From Myxococcales bacterium (GTDB lineage Bacteria; Myxococcota; Myxococcia; Myxococcales; 40CM-4-68-19), in NCBI GenBank assembly GCA_020201435.1, contig JAIVGS010000002.1, positions 8,529-72,528 on the forward strand: 64,000 nt of DNA. The letters run 5' to 3'. A program made the position numbers and the translations under genes. Shown here one piece after another: positions 25,478 to 34,488 of this stretch. The notes under the pieces were generated by a model that made no database searches, had not been told where the DNA came from, and was given only the letters and a program-made list of their open reading frames with translations. The stretch's first letter is position 1, and every line of letters begins with the position of its first letter.

Positions 25478-26749
25478 CTACGCCGCCTCGTCCGGTCTGC
25501 GGTGGGCGAATTGCGCGAACAGCAGCAAATCGTACGCGGCCTTGAGGATGCCGGCGCAGATCAGCGGCCATCCGTACGTCGTTCGATCGAGCAGCGCGCC
25601 GGCGATCAGCGGCGCCACCGCGGCCGCGAGGCTGCGCGGCACGTTGGTCACGCTCGCCGCCGCCGCGCGCTCCTCGCGCGGCACCATCGCCATCACGTAG
25701 GCCTGGCGCGCCGGGACGTCCATCTGCGAGAGCGCGGATCGCAGGAGCAGGAACAGCACGGCGAGCGGCAGCGTGGGCATCACTCCCGCGAGGATGACGA
25801 AGGCGTTCGAAGGGAGGTGGGTGTAGACCATCGTCCGCACGTGCCCGATCCGCTGCGCGACGCGCGCCGAGATCAGCTGGGAGATCGCGCCGAGCAGATT
25901 CACCGCGAAAAAGATCGCCGCCGCCGTCGTCACCGGCAGCGCGAAACGGCGGAAGAGCCAGAGGACGAGCAGCGACTGCACGATGAATCCGCCGCCGAAC
26001 GAGTCGAGGCTGAAGAGTGTTGCGAGCTGGAGCACGACGCTCCGCGACTGCGCGAGCGCCGCCGTCTTCTCCCGCGGCGGCGGCTCGACGGCGGGGCTGA
26101 GCTCGCGATAGAGGACGGCGCTGATCGCGCCGATGATCGCGTAGACGATGAAGCCCAGCCGCTCGGCCTGGTCGACCTGGATCTGCATCACGCGCGCGAG
26201 CTGCTCGGGACCGCCGGCGGCCAGCGCTCCCAGCGCGCCGGCGAGCGCCCCCGCGAGGTTGTACCAGGCGAAGATCTCCGTCCGATCGCGCGGCGCGACC
26301 GTCTCGGCGAGGACCGCCTGTTCGGTCGGAAGGAAGAGCGTCACGTCGCCCGACGACGGATTGAGCGTGCCGACGAAGGCGATCGCCAGCAGCGGCCAGA
26401 ACCGGGTCGCGGAAAAGAAGCCGAGGCCGGTCAGGAACATCAGCGCGGAGGCGCCGAGCAAAACCGCGCGCCGCGGCCAGCGGTGGCCGGCGAGACCGAC
26501 GGCGAGCATCAGCAGCGCGGACCCGAGCAGCGTCGCGGTGACGATGGCGCCGACCTCCAGCGCCGAGAAGCCGAGCCGCGTCAAATGGCTCGCCAGGAGC
26601 ACGCTGGCGATCCCGTCCGCGAATCCGCGTGCCGCCCGCGTCGCGACGAGCCGCGCTGCGTCTGGCGTCGCGGTCGAGGGCAGCACACGCACACCATAAC
26701 GCAACGCATCCGCGACGGCGGGCTGGGAACCTTTGACGCGTTCGGGCAT
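25478..26749 (-). CDS. MFS transporter
   Basis: ORF 25478..26749 (423 aa). It has about 12 hydrophobic segments and an MFS-like loop motif near the N-terminus. Confidence 0.8.
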   Translation of the reverse strand: MPERVKGSQPAVADALRYGVRVLPSTATPDAARLVATRAARGFADGIASVLLASHLTRLGFSALEVGAIVTATLLGSALLMLAVGLAGHRWPRRAVLLGASALMFLTGLGFFSATRFWPLLAIAFVGTLNPSSGDVTLFLPTEQAVLAETVAPRDRTEIFAWYNLAGALAGALGALAAGGPEQLARVMQIQVDQAERLGFIVYAIIGAISAVLYRELSPAVEPPPREKTAALAQSRSVVLQLATLFSLDSFGGGFIVQSLLVLWLFRRFALPVTTAAAIFFAVNLLGAISQLISARVAQRIGHVRTMVYTHLPSNAFVILAGVMPTLPLAVLFLLLRSALSQMDVPARQAYVMAMVPREERAAAASVTNVPRSLAAAVAPLIAGALLDRTTYGWPLICAGILKAAYDLLLFAQFAHRRPDEAA

Positions 26750-26758
26750 CCTTCACGC

Positions 26759-27907
26759 ATGCCCGACTTCGACTATCTGATCGTCGGCGGCGGCATGACC
26801 TCCGCCGCTGCAGCGAGAGGCATCCGCGAAGTCGACGCCGCCGGAAAGATCGGTATCCTCGGCGCCGAGTCGCACAAGCCCTACGCGCGCCCGCCGCTCT
26901 CGAAAGCGCTCTGGACGCAGGGGAAGCCGGAAGAGAGCGTGTGGCTCGATCTGCCGCAGGGCCTCGAGCTCCTCCCGGGACGCCGCGCGGTTTCGATCGA
27001 GGGAAAGGCGCACGTGGTCCGCGACGATCGCGGCGATACCCACCGCTACCGCAAGCTCCTGCTCGCCACCGGCGGGTCGCCGCGACAGCTGCCGTTCGGC
27101 AAGGACGTGATCTATTTCCGAACGCTCGACGATTATCGAAATTTGCGAAAGATCGGCGGCGACCGCGTCGCGGTGATCGGCGGCGGCTTCATCGGCTCGG
27201 AAATCGCCTCTGCGCTGGCGCAGAACGGCAAGAAAGTGACCATGGTGTTCCCCGAGGACGGCGTCTGCGCCCGCGCTTTTCCAAACGATCTGACCGCGTT
27301 CGTCACCGACTATTATCGGGAGAAGGGCGTCGACGTGCGCGCGCGGGAGAGCGTCAGCGGTATCGAGGGCGCCGCGGTCGTGACCAGGACCGGCCGCATC
27401 GAGGCGGACGCGATCGTCGCCGGCATCGGCATCGTTCCCGCGATCGATCTCGCCAGGCAGGCGGGTCTGACTGTCAGCGACGGCGTCGACGTGAACGACG
27501 CGCTGCAGACTTCGGACCCCGACATCTACGCCGCCGGCGACGTCGCGAACTTCGCCAATCCCGCGCTCGGCAGGCGAATCCGGGTCGAGCACGAGGACAA
27601 CGCCAACACCATGGGCGCGGCGGCGGGCCGTTCGATGGCCGGCGCGAGGGTGCGCTACGACCACCTGCCGTTCTTCTATTCCGATCTCTTCGATCTCGGC
27701 TACGAAGCAGTCGGCGAGATCGACGCGCGCCACCGGACCGTCGCCGACTGGAAGACGCCGTTTCGCGAGGGTGTCGTCTACTATCTCGATCGCGATCGCG
27801 TGCGCGGCGTGCTTCTCTGGAACACATGGGGCCAGGTCGACAACGCCCGCGCCCTGATCGCGGAAGCGCGTGCGCCCGCCGATCTGAAGGGGCGCTTGCC
27901 GCGCTAG
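26759..27907 (+). CDS. FAD-dependent pyridine nucleotide-disulfide oxidoreductase (ferredoxin reductase / AIF-like)
   Basis: This is the C-terminal 382 aa of ORF 25502..27907. Motifs are DYLIVGGGMTSAAAA (FAD), VAVIGGGFIGSEIA (NAD) and IYAAGDVA. Confidence 0.85.
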   Translation: MPDFDYLIVGGGMTSAAAARGIREVDAAGKIGILGAESHKPYARPPLSKALWTQGKPEESVWLDLPQGLELLPGRRAVSIEGKAHVVRDDRGDTHRYRKLLLATGGSPRQLPFGKDVIYFRTLDDYRNLRKIGGDRVAVIGGGFIGSEIASALAQNGKKVTMVFPEDGVCARAFPNDLTAFVTDYYREKGVDVRARESVSGIEGAAVVTRTGRIEADAIVAGIGIVPAIDLARQAGLTVSDGVDVNDALQTSDPDIYAAGDVANFANPALGRRIRVEHEDNANTMGAAAGRSMAGARVRYDHLPFFYSDLFDLGYEAVGEIDARHRTVADWKTPFREGVVYYLDRDRVRGVLLWNTWGQVDNARALIAEARAPADLKGRLPR

Positions 27908-27911
27908 GCCG

Positions 27912-28271
27912 GTGCTGCGCGGAGAACGACAAGAGGCGCCTGAGACCGGCGGCGTCGCCGCGGTCGAGCCGGTGTGGCGCTGCGCCGCGTGCGGACACGG
28001 CATCGCGCGGCAGCGCATTCCGCTCGACGGCGCCGAGACGCGCGCGTTCGTGAATCCGGCCGGGATCGAATACGTCATCGGCGGGTTCCGCGATGCGCCG
28101 GGATGCCGGCTGGTCAGCGAGCAGTCGTCGTACTGGGGATGGTTTCCGGGCTTCGCCTGGCAGATCGCGGACTGCGGCAAGTGCGACGTTCACCTCGGCT
28201 GGAGCTTCAGCAGCGAGTCGGAGCGGTTCTATGGGTTGATCCTCGATCGGCTGATCGCGCCCAGCACGTAA
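27912..28271 (+). CDS. Cereblon-family (CULT domain) protein
   Basis: ORF 27912..28271 (119 aa). It has CAACGH ... WFPGFAWQIADCGKCDVHLGWSF ... FYGLILDRL: the CxxC/CxxC zinc site and the aromatic-cage tryptophans of the cereblon thalidomide-binding domain. Confidence 0.8.
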   Translation: MLRGERQEAPETGGVAAVEPVWRCAACGHGIARQRIPLDGAETRAFVNPAGIEYVIGGFRDAPGCRLVSEQSSYWGWFPGFAWQIADCGKCDVHLGWSFSSESERFYGLILDRLIAPST

Positions 28272-28945
28272 GGAACCGCGACCTCGACGCGCAGCGTGCG
28301 CGGGCCGAGCGTGAAGGGTGTGAAGCCATGCTGCTCGAGCAGCGCGATCTCGAATGGGACCCATCCCCCTTCCGGCCCGATCGCAAGCACCGCGCGGCCG
28401 GCCGCCGGCGGCGTTTGTGCCGCGGCGGCCGGATGGGCGAGGAGGCGTACCGGATCGGGAAACATCGAATCGAGCTCGTCCTCGACGTACGGGCGGAAGC
28501 GTTCGCGCACGATCACTTCCGGCGGGATCGTGTCGCGCGCCTGCTCGAGCCCGAGCAGGAGCAGCTCCTCGATCGAGGCCATCACCCTCGAATCGAAGTA
28601 GCTCTTCTCGACGCGGTTGGCGTTGATCAACACCAGGCGATCGACTCCGAGGGATGCGACCGCCGGCAGGACCTTCCGCAGCGCTTTCGGCCGCGGAATC
28701 GCGAGCAGCAGCGAGACGCCCGGGCGCGGCGGAGGCGGCTCGGAAAAAGTCGCGCGCAGCACCAGCTCGGTCGTGGAAAGCGCGAGGACTTCCGCGCTTC
28801 CCTGCGGACCGCCGAGCACGCCCGCGCGAAGCTCGTCGCCCGCCGATGCGCGCAGAACTTCGCGCGCGTGGAGCAGCCGGCGGCCGGTGAGCCGCGCGGT
28901 CCCATCCGGCGCAATCTCCTCGGGCCGCAGCAGGAGCAGGTTCAT
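28229..28945 (-). CDS. rsmE: 16S rRNA (uracil1498-N3)-methyltransferase
   Basis: This is the C-terminal 238 aa of ORF 28229..30088. It shows the RsmE pattern, including AIGPEGGWVPFEIALLEQHGFTPFTLGPRTLRVEVA. Confidence 0.85.
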   Translation of the reverse strand: MNLLLLRPEEIAPDGTARLTGRRLLHAREVLRASAGDELRAGVLGGPQGSAEVLALSTTELVLRATFSEPPPPRPGVSLLLAIPRPKALRKVLPAVASLGVDRLVLINANRVEKSYFDSRVMASIEELLLLGLEQARDTIPPEVIVRERFRPYVEDELDSMFPDPVRLLAHPAAAAQTPPAAGRAVLAIGPEGGWVPFEIALLEQHGFTPFTLGPRTLRVEVAVPYVLGAISRSRINP

Positions 28946-30495
28946 GCGCGCAAAAGCGACAGCTTGTTCCGAGCGGCTTTCGCAAGCTTGCCGCGGCGTC
29001 CGCTCAACTCCTCGAGCAGCGCGATGCCCTGCGCGCGCACCTCCGGCGAAGCGTGCTCGGCGAAGTGAAAGGCGGCGTGATAGCGCGCGTCGTCGCCGAG
29101 CGATCGGTCCTTCGAGATCGATGCCGCGAGGGCGAACCCGGAGGCCGCCAGCTTTTCCAGCTCGGCGAGCGCGGGATCGGACTGCCGCGCGCGGGGATGT
29201 GGATCGAGCGACGAACCACGCAGCAAGAGGCTCGCGTGCATGTAACGATCCTGCGGCGTCCCCTGGTTCGACCTCGCCAGCAATTCCCAGACCGCCTCGG
29301 GATGCGGCGACTTGCGCGCAGCGTCGCGCAGCAATTGCGCCCATCCCTGCGGATCGGCGCGCCGGACCGCCTCGAGCTGCCGCCGCGCGATGGCGAAGCT
29401 CTTCTTGAGCATCGCCGCGCCGGCAGTCCTCAGCCTGGCCACTTCCTTCGGCGAGATCTGCACCCGCTCGAGCGCCTCGGCGAGGGCGTGCGCGCCGGCT
29501 TCCTCTTTCACCGATGCCATCGCCGAGACGAGGACCGGTCCCGCTCCGGGGAGCTCGCTCAGCGCTCGAACCGCCGCTTCGGCGCGCCCCCGATCGGCGC
29601 CGCCCGCGAGCGAGGCGAGCTCCTTTGAAGCGCCGAGCGCGCGAAGCCGCTCGATCGCCCAAAGCGCCAGCTCGCCGCCGCCGGCTTGCGCGAGCCGCAG
29701 CAGCTCCGACGGCGTCACGCCGGGCACTACGGTGAGCGTGTCCCGCGCGGCGCGCGCGACGAGCGCGTCGGGATCCTCGAGCAGCTTGATCAGCGTGTGC
29801 AGCGGTTTCGAGGCCGGCTTCCGGCCGAGCGCGAAGCGAAGCGCGGTGATCGCCTCGATGCGCACGGCCGCGGTCTGCCGCGAGGAGAGAAACGGCTCGA
29901 TCGACCTCACCGTCTCCGGCAGCTCGAGGTAGCCGAGGATCTTGATCGTCCCGCGCAGCGCCGGCTCGTCGTCCCGCAGCTTCTTGATCAGCGACGTCGC
30001 CTGCCTGGCCATCGCCTTGCGCTCGGCGGGAGAAGCGCCGCGCGCCGTTTGACGTACCGACAGCGCGACCTTGCTGACGGCGTCCCACGGCTGGCCGCGC
30101 AGTCCGTCGAGCACCATCGCAAACGATCCACGCAGCGCGGGCAGCAGGCCGGAGACCGCCGCGCGCATCTCGGGCGTGGCCTTCGCCATCCGATCGCGCA
30201 GCGCCGGCAGCACGTCCTCTCCCAGCGCGGCGATGGCCTCCGACGCAGCGTGCGACAGGTCCTTCCGCTCCAGCGCGTCGAGCAGGACCGGCAGCGCACC
30301 GCGGGCGCCCAGCTTGCCGAGCGCTTCGACCGCGGGCTCGGCGATCGCTGAGAGCTCGTCGCGCGCCATTTTCGACAGCGCCGAGATCACCGGCGGCGCC
30401 TTCGCACCCAGCTCACCGAGGACGACCGCGGCGGCGATCCGTTTGCGCGGCGAGTCATCGGAAAGGAGCGCCACGATACGTTCGACCGCGTCCAT
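28942..30495 (-). CDS. HEAT-repeat protein
   Basis: This is the C-terminal 517 aa of ORF 28942..31230. It contains repeated RIAAAVVLGELG... and AVEALGKLGARGALPVLLDAL type helical repeats. It has an ATGA overlap with rsmE. Confidence 0.65.
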   Translation of the reverse strand: MDAVERIVALLSDDSPRKRIAAAVVLGELGAKAPPVISALSKMARDELSAIAEPAVEALGKLGARGALPVLLDALERKDLSHAASEAIAALGEDVLPALRDRMAKATPEMRAAVSGLLPALRGSFAMVLDGLRGQPWDAVSKVALSVRQTARGASPAERKAMARQATSLIKKLRDDEPALRGTIKILGYLELPETVRSIEPFLSSRQTAAVRIEAITALRFALGRKPASKPLHTLIKLLEDPDALVARAARDTLTVVPGVTPSELLRLAQAGGGELALWAIERLRALGASKELASLAGGADRGRAEAAVRALSELPGAGPVLVSAMASVKEEAGAHALAEALERVQISPKEVARLRTAGAAMLKKSFAIARRQLEAVRRADPQGWAQLLRDAARKSPHPEAVWELLARSNQGTPQDRYMHASLLLRGSSLDPHPRARQSDPALAELEKLAASGFALAASISKDRSLGDDARYHAAFHFAEHASPEVRAQGIALLEELSGRRGKLAKAARNKLSLLRA

Positions 30496-30531
30496 GGCGT
30501 GAAGTCTACCCGCTCGCGTTAGAATCGGCTC

Positions 30532-31251
30532 GTGCGCCTCTTGCAGCATCGCATCGCCGGTCCGGAACCGTGTCCGTACCTGCCGGGTCTCCAGTCGACG
30601 ACCGAGACGCTCCTCATGACCGGCGTCAGTCCCGAGGAGCTGGAGCACCTGCTCGAGCGCGGTTGGCGGCGGTTCGGGCCGGTCTATTTCCGGCCGGTCT
30701 GCAAGGGCTGCTCGGAATGCGTCTCGGTCCGCGTGCCGGTGCAGGCGTTCGTTGCGTCGCCGAATCTGAAGCGCGTGATGCGGCGCGCCGCGCACGTGCG
30801 CATGGAAGTGGGCGCGCCGCAGGTCGACGACGTCCGCCTCGCGCTCTACCGCCGCTGGCACGCGTCGCGCGAAGTCGAGCGCGGCTGGAAGCCGGATCGG
30901 ATCGGCGTCGAGTCGTACGCGATGCAGTTCTGCTTCCCGCACCCGGCGGCGCGCGAGTTCAGCTACTGGGAAGGAGAGACGCTGGTCGGCATCGGCATCG
31001 CCGACGAAACGCCGCGCGCGCTCTCCGCGGTGTACTGCTACCACGACCCCTCGCGCAGCCGGCTTTCGCTGGGAACGCTGAACGTCCTGCGCGCGATCGA
31101 ATACGCGCGGAGGCGCGGCATCGCGCACGTCTATCTCGGCTACTGCGTCGAAGGTTGTGAATCGCTGCGATACAAGTCGCGCTTCCGCCCGCAGGAAAAG
31201 CTCGTCGGCCGCGTCGACGACGGGCGGCACCCGCGCTGGGATCCGGTGTGA
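30532..31251 (+). CDS. bpt: Arginyl/leucyl-tRNA--protein transferase (bacterial Ate1 homolog, Bpt type)
   Basis: ORF 30532..31251 (239 aa). Motifs are CPYLPG, GWRRFGPVYFRPVCKGCSECVSVRV and YLGYCVEGCESLRYKSRFRP. Confidence 0.8.
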   Translation: MRLLQHRIAGPEPCPYLPGLQSTTETLLMTGVSPEELEHLLERGWRRFGPVYFRPVCKGCSECVSVRVPVQAFVASPNLKRVMRRAAHVRMEVGAPQVDDVRLALYRRWHASREVERGWKPDRIGVESYAMQFCFPHPAAREFSYWEGETLVGIGIADETPRALSAVYCYHDPSRSRLSLGTLNVLRAIEYARRRGIAHVYLGYCVEGCESLRYKSRFRPQEKLVGRVDDGRHPRWDPV

Positions 31252-31664
31252 AGACGCACCAGGAACACGTCCGCATCGAGCCGCGAGGCCCGGGGTTGCA
31301 CGACGTGACCGCGCAGATCGCGCGCGTTGTCAAGGCTTCCGGCGTGCGGACGGGGATGTGTAACGTGTTCGTGCAGCATACCAGCGCATCGCTGGTGGTC
31401 CAGGAAAACGCGGACCCCGCGGTGCAGCGCGATCTGCAGCGGTTTCTCGCGCGGCTCGCTCCGGAGAGCGCGGATTACGAGCACGACGCCGAGGGGCCCG
31501 ACGACATGCCGGCGCACATCCGCGCGGCGCTGACCAGGACCTCCGAGTCGATCCCGGTCGCCGGCGGGGAGCTCGCCCTCGGCACCTGGCAGGCAGTCTA
31601 CCTCTGGGAGCACCGGCGGGCTGCTCACACGCGAACAGTGGTGGTCACCGTCTGGGGCACATGA
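31248..31664 (+). CDS. yjbQ: YjbQ family (secondary thiamine-phosphate synthase enzyme / UPF0047) protein
   Basis: ORF 31248..31664 (138 aa). Motifs are GMCNVFVQHTSASLVVQENADP, DDMPAHIRAALT and LGTWQAVYLWEHR. Confidence 0.85.
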   Translation: MKTHQEHVRIEPRGPGLHDVTAQIARVVKASGVRTGMCNVFVQHTSASLVVQENADPAVQRDLQRFLARLAPESADYEHDAEGPDDMPAHIRAALTRTSESIPVAGGELALGTWQAVYLWEHRRAAHTRTVVVTVWGT

Positions 31665-31670
31665 CTTTTT

Positions 31671-32204
31671 ATGTGCGCTCAGGCACGGGCAAGGCCTAAA
31701 CTTCAGGCGATGAGGCTGAACCGCCGCATGGAGGGTTACCTCACCGACTTGCGCAGCCGCGAGGTCGAGGCCGATTTTCCCGCGGCCGGAAAGGGCCCGG
31801 ACGTCCAGATCGTCGAGACCGGCGGGTGCGTGCTGTTGCGCGGATTCGTCAAGAAGCCGCACCTGAGCCCGAGCGATTTTCCCGATCAGACGGGGCTCGA
31901 GTGCAGCGCGAACAAGCTGCGGATGGAGGCGATGTTCCCGGCGCGGCTGGTGATGTCGTGCCCGCTGCTGCTCCTGACCGCGGGCCTTCTCACCGCGCGC
32001 GCGCTGTCGGTCGAGCTGGCCCGGCTGCCGGGAAGGTTCAACGTGATCGTGTCGTACGACGGCGACAGCTGCGCGGTCCGTTTCCACAAGATCCGCGCCG
32101 GCCAGCGCTGGCTCGCCGACGATCTCGAAGGCTACGTCGACGAAGGCGTCCTGGTCTTCGAGGCCGGCCAGGAGCTGCCGATGCCCGCGCTCCTCACCGC
32201 GTAG
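31671..32204 (+). CDS. Hypothetical protein
   Basis: ORF 31671..32204 (177 aa). It shows high third-position GC and one hydrophobic segment (SCPLLLLTAGLLTA). I recognised no family. The start is uncertain (ATG 31671, 31710 or 31728). Confidence 0.45.
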   Translation: MCAQARARPKLQAMRLNRRMEGYLTDLRSREVEADFPAAGKGPDVQIVETGGCVLLRGFVKKPHLSPSDFPDQTGLECSANKLRMEAMFPARLVMSCPLLLLTAGLLTARALSVELARLPGRFNVIVSYDGDSCAVRFHKIRAGQRWLADDLEGYVDEGVLVFEAGQELPMPALLTA

Positions 32205-32228
32205 CTCTCAGATGCACAACTTGATTGC

Positions 32229-32813
32229 ATGGCCCGCGAGGAGCACTCGCCCGCTCGTCCGGAGGGCGAGCAGAACCAGGAACAGCGGCGGCCGGTGATC
32301 GGCGTGATCGGCGACGGCATGCCCGGGTCCGACCGCGAGCGGATGGCGGCGGAAGTGGGCGCCGCGCTCGCGCGCGCCGGCGTGCATCTGGTCTGCGGCG
32401 GCCTCGGCGGCTGCATGGCAGGTGCGTCACGCGGGTACAAAGAGGCGAACGGCCCCGGGATCTGCCTTGGGCTGTTGCCCGGCACCTCGCGCGACGAAGC
32501 GAATCCATGGGTCGATCTCGCGATCCCGACCGGCGTCAACTCGGCGCAGGGCGCGCTGGTCGCGATGGCCGTCGACGCCGCGATCGTCCTCGGCGGCGGC
32601 GGCGGCACGTTGAGCGAGGTCGGTCTTCTCCTGCGCGACGGCAAACCGGTCGTCGCGCTCGACGGAACCGGCGGTGCGGCCGGACTGATCGGCGGCCAGC
32701 AGTTGGGAAAGACGAAGGTCCCGCTCGCGCACGGTGCCGACCAAGCCGTGCGCATGGTGCTCGACGCGCTGAGGGCGCACGAAAACGTCCGCGCGCTGGA
32801 CGAGAGCGACTAG
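32229..32813 (+). CDS. TIGR00725/LOG-like Rossmann-fold protein
   Basis: ORF 32229..32813 (194 aa). Motifs are VIGVIGDG..., HLVCGGLGGCMAGASRGY and IVLGGGGGTLSEVG. Confidence 0.7.
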   Translation: MAREEHSPARPEGEQNQEQRRPVIGVIGDGMPGSDRERMAAEVGAALARAGVHLVCGGLGGCMAGASRGYKEANGPGICLGLLPGTSRDEANPWVDLAIPTGVNSAQGALVAMAVDAAIVLGGGGGTLSEVGLLLRDGKPVVALDGTGGAAGLIGGQQLGKTKVPLAHGADQAVRMVLDALRAHENVRALDESD

Positions 32814-32823
32814 CGGCGCTGCT

Positions 32824-34449
32824 TCATGCGGTCCTCGCCGCCGGCTGGTCGCCGAAGTACTCGCGGATCTTGGCGTCAGCGTCGTCGCCGAAGAGGATCC
32901 GACAGGCTTCGCGCAGGCCGGGCGCGGAGCGGATCTCTTCGCGGCGCACGACGAGCGCGATCTTCGATCGCCGCCGAAGGAAGTCCTCCAGCTTGACGAC
33001 CATCTCGCGCTGCGCCGCTTCGTCGAGCTCGCAGCGGATGTACTCGCTGGTCTCGATGATCACTTCCGCCATCCGCGGATCGCGGCGGATCGCTTCCAGC
33101 AGGCCGAGCGCTTCCGCTCCATAGCGGCGCCACAGACGCGTCGAGAGCATCTCCGACGAGTGCGGCGAGGTCATCGCGTCGAGTCCCATCAGGCGCGCCT
33201 GGTGGAAGTACTCCTCGCGCACCGCCGGCGGCGGCTCGCCGCACCAGACCTTGTCCGCGTAGGGCAGGGCGACGCCGAGCTTTCGCACGATCGCGCAGAT
33301 CTCCTCGCCGACGTTCAGGCAGTCGGTGAGCTTGCCGCCGAAGATGGTGATCCGATCGCCTTCGACCTCGATGGCGTGCTTGCGCGAGAGCTGCATCCAG
33401 TCGCGCGCCCCCGCCCCCGCGCCGGTGACGACCAGCGGCCGCACGCCGCAGCGCTCGGCGATGATGTCGCGATCGCCCAACGGGCGCTGCAGCCGCAACC
33501 GCTTGTTGATGTTGTCGAGGACGAAGCGCCGATCCTCGGGCGTCACCTCGACTTCGGGCCGCTCGACGCGGGTGTCGGTGGTGCCGATGCAGGTCTTGGC
33601 GCCCATCGGGATCACGAAGAAGAGGCGGCCGTCGTCGGCGAAGAAGGTCAGCACCCGGTGGTTGGGGGTCAGCCGATCGACGAGGATGTGGATGCCCTTC
33701 GAGAACACGTGCCGATGCACGGTGCTCACCCGATCGCGCGCGTTGACCTCGTCGGCGTACGGCCCGCAGGCGTTGATCAGCAGCTTCGAATGAATGCTCA
33801 CCTCGCGGCCGGAGATCACGTCGCGCGCGCGCGTGACCCAACCCGATTCCGATCGCGAGGATCCGACCGCCTCGACGTAGTTGGCCGCCGCGCAGCCGCG
33901 GTCGAGCGCGGAGCGGATGAAGCTCCAGACGAAGCGCGCGTCGTTGTCGTGCAGGTAGGCGTCCGAGTATTCGAATCCACCGTCGAGCGCCGCGGTATTG
34001 ACGATCGGCTCTTCGACGGCGATGTCGCGCACCGAGAGCAGGCGCGGCTTGCGCGTGAAGAAGCTGCCGATCGCCCAGTAGAGCCACGCGCCGAGGAGCA
34101 GCTTCCAGCGCCCGTGCCGGAAGCCGCGCTCGTGCGAGACGTAGAAGCGGATCTCCTGCACGATCGAAGGAAACGATCGGATCAGCCTGTTGCGCGCGAG
34201 GCACAGCTTGCGCACCAGGCCGAGCTCGAGCGTCTCGAGGTACTTGATCCCGCCCCAGGCGAGATTCGAGGACTGCTGCGAGGTGACCGAGGCGAAGTCG
34301 CCCCGATCGATCAGCGCCACTTTCGCGCCGCGCCCCGCGAGCGCGGCCGCCGACACCGCTCCGTTGATGCCGCCGCCGAGGACCAGCACGTCGAACCGCT
34401 GTTCAGCCAGCCGGAGGATGTTCGTGTCCCGCAGCTTGCGGTAAGGCAT
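32824..34449 (-). CDS. glpD: FAD-dependent glycerol-3-phosphate dehydrogenase
   Basis: This is the C-terminal 541 aa of ORF 32824..35634. It has FDVLVLGGGINGAVSAAALAGRG, SSNLAWGGIKYLE and a C-terminal alpha-helical GlpD domain. Confidence 0.8.
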   Translation of the reverse strand: MPYRKLRDTNILRLAEQRFDVLVLGGGINGAVSAAALAGRGAKVALIDRGDFASVTSQQSSNLAWGGIKYLETLELGLVRKLCLARNRLIRSFPSIVQEIRFYVSHERGFRHGRWKLLLGAWLYWAIGSFFTRKPRLLSVRDIAVEEPIVNTAALDGGFEYSDAYLHDNDARFVWSFIRSALDRGCAAANYVEAVGSSRSESGWVTRARDVISGREVSIHSKLLINACGPYADEVNARDRVSTVHRHVFSKGIHILVDRLTPNHRVLTFFADDGRLFFVIPMGAKTCIGTTDTRVERPEVEVTPEDRRFVLDNINKRLRLQRPLGDRDIIAERCGVRPLVVTGAGAGARDWMQLSRKHAIEVEGDRITIFGGKLTDCLNVGEEICAIVRKLGVALPYADKVWCGEPPPAVREEYFHQARLMGLDAMTSPHSSEMLSTRLWRRYGAEALGLLEAIRRDPRMAEVIIETSEYIRCELDEAAQREMVVKLEDFLRRRSKIALVVRREEIRSAPGLREACRILFGDDADAKIREYFGDQPAARTA

Positions 34450-34488
34450 GCCTCCGAAGATACACTGCCTTGTTCGGGGGCGGATGCC

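Noticed and set aside
24528-26756. The 742-aa minus-strand ORF considered as a fusion protein.
   Set aside because: Only the C-terminal 312 aa (tdh, from ATG 25466) are real. The upstream part is an off-frame read-through of the MFS transporter gene (25478..26749), which has its own clear frame.
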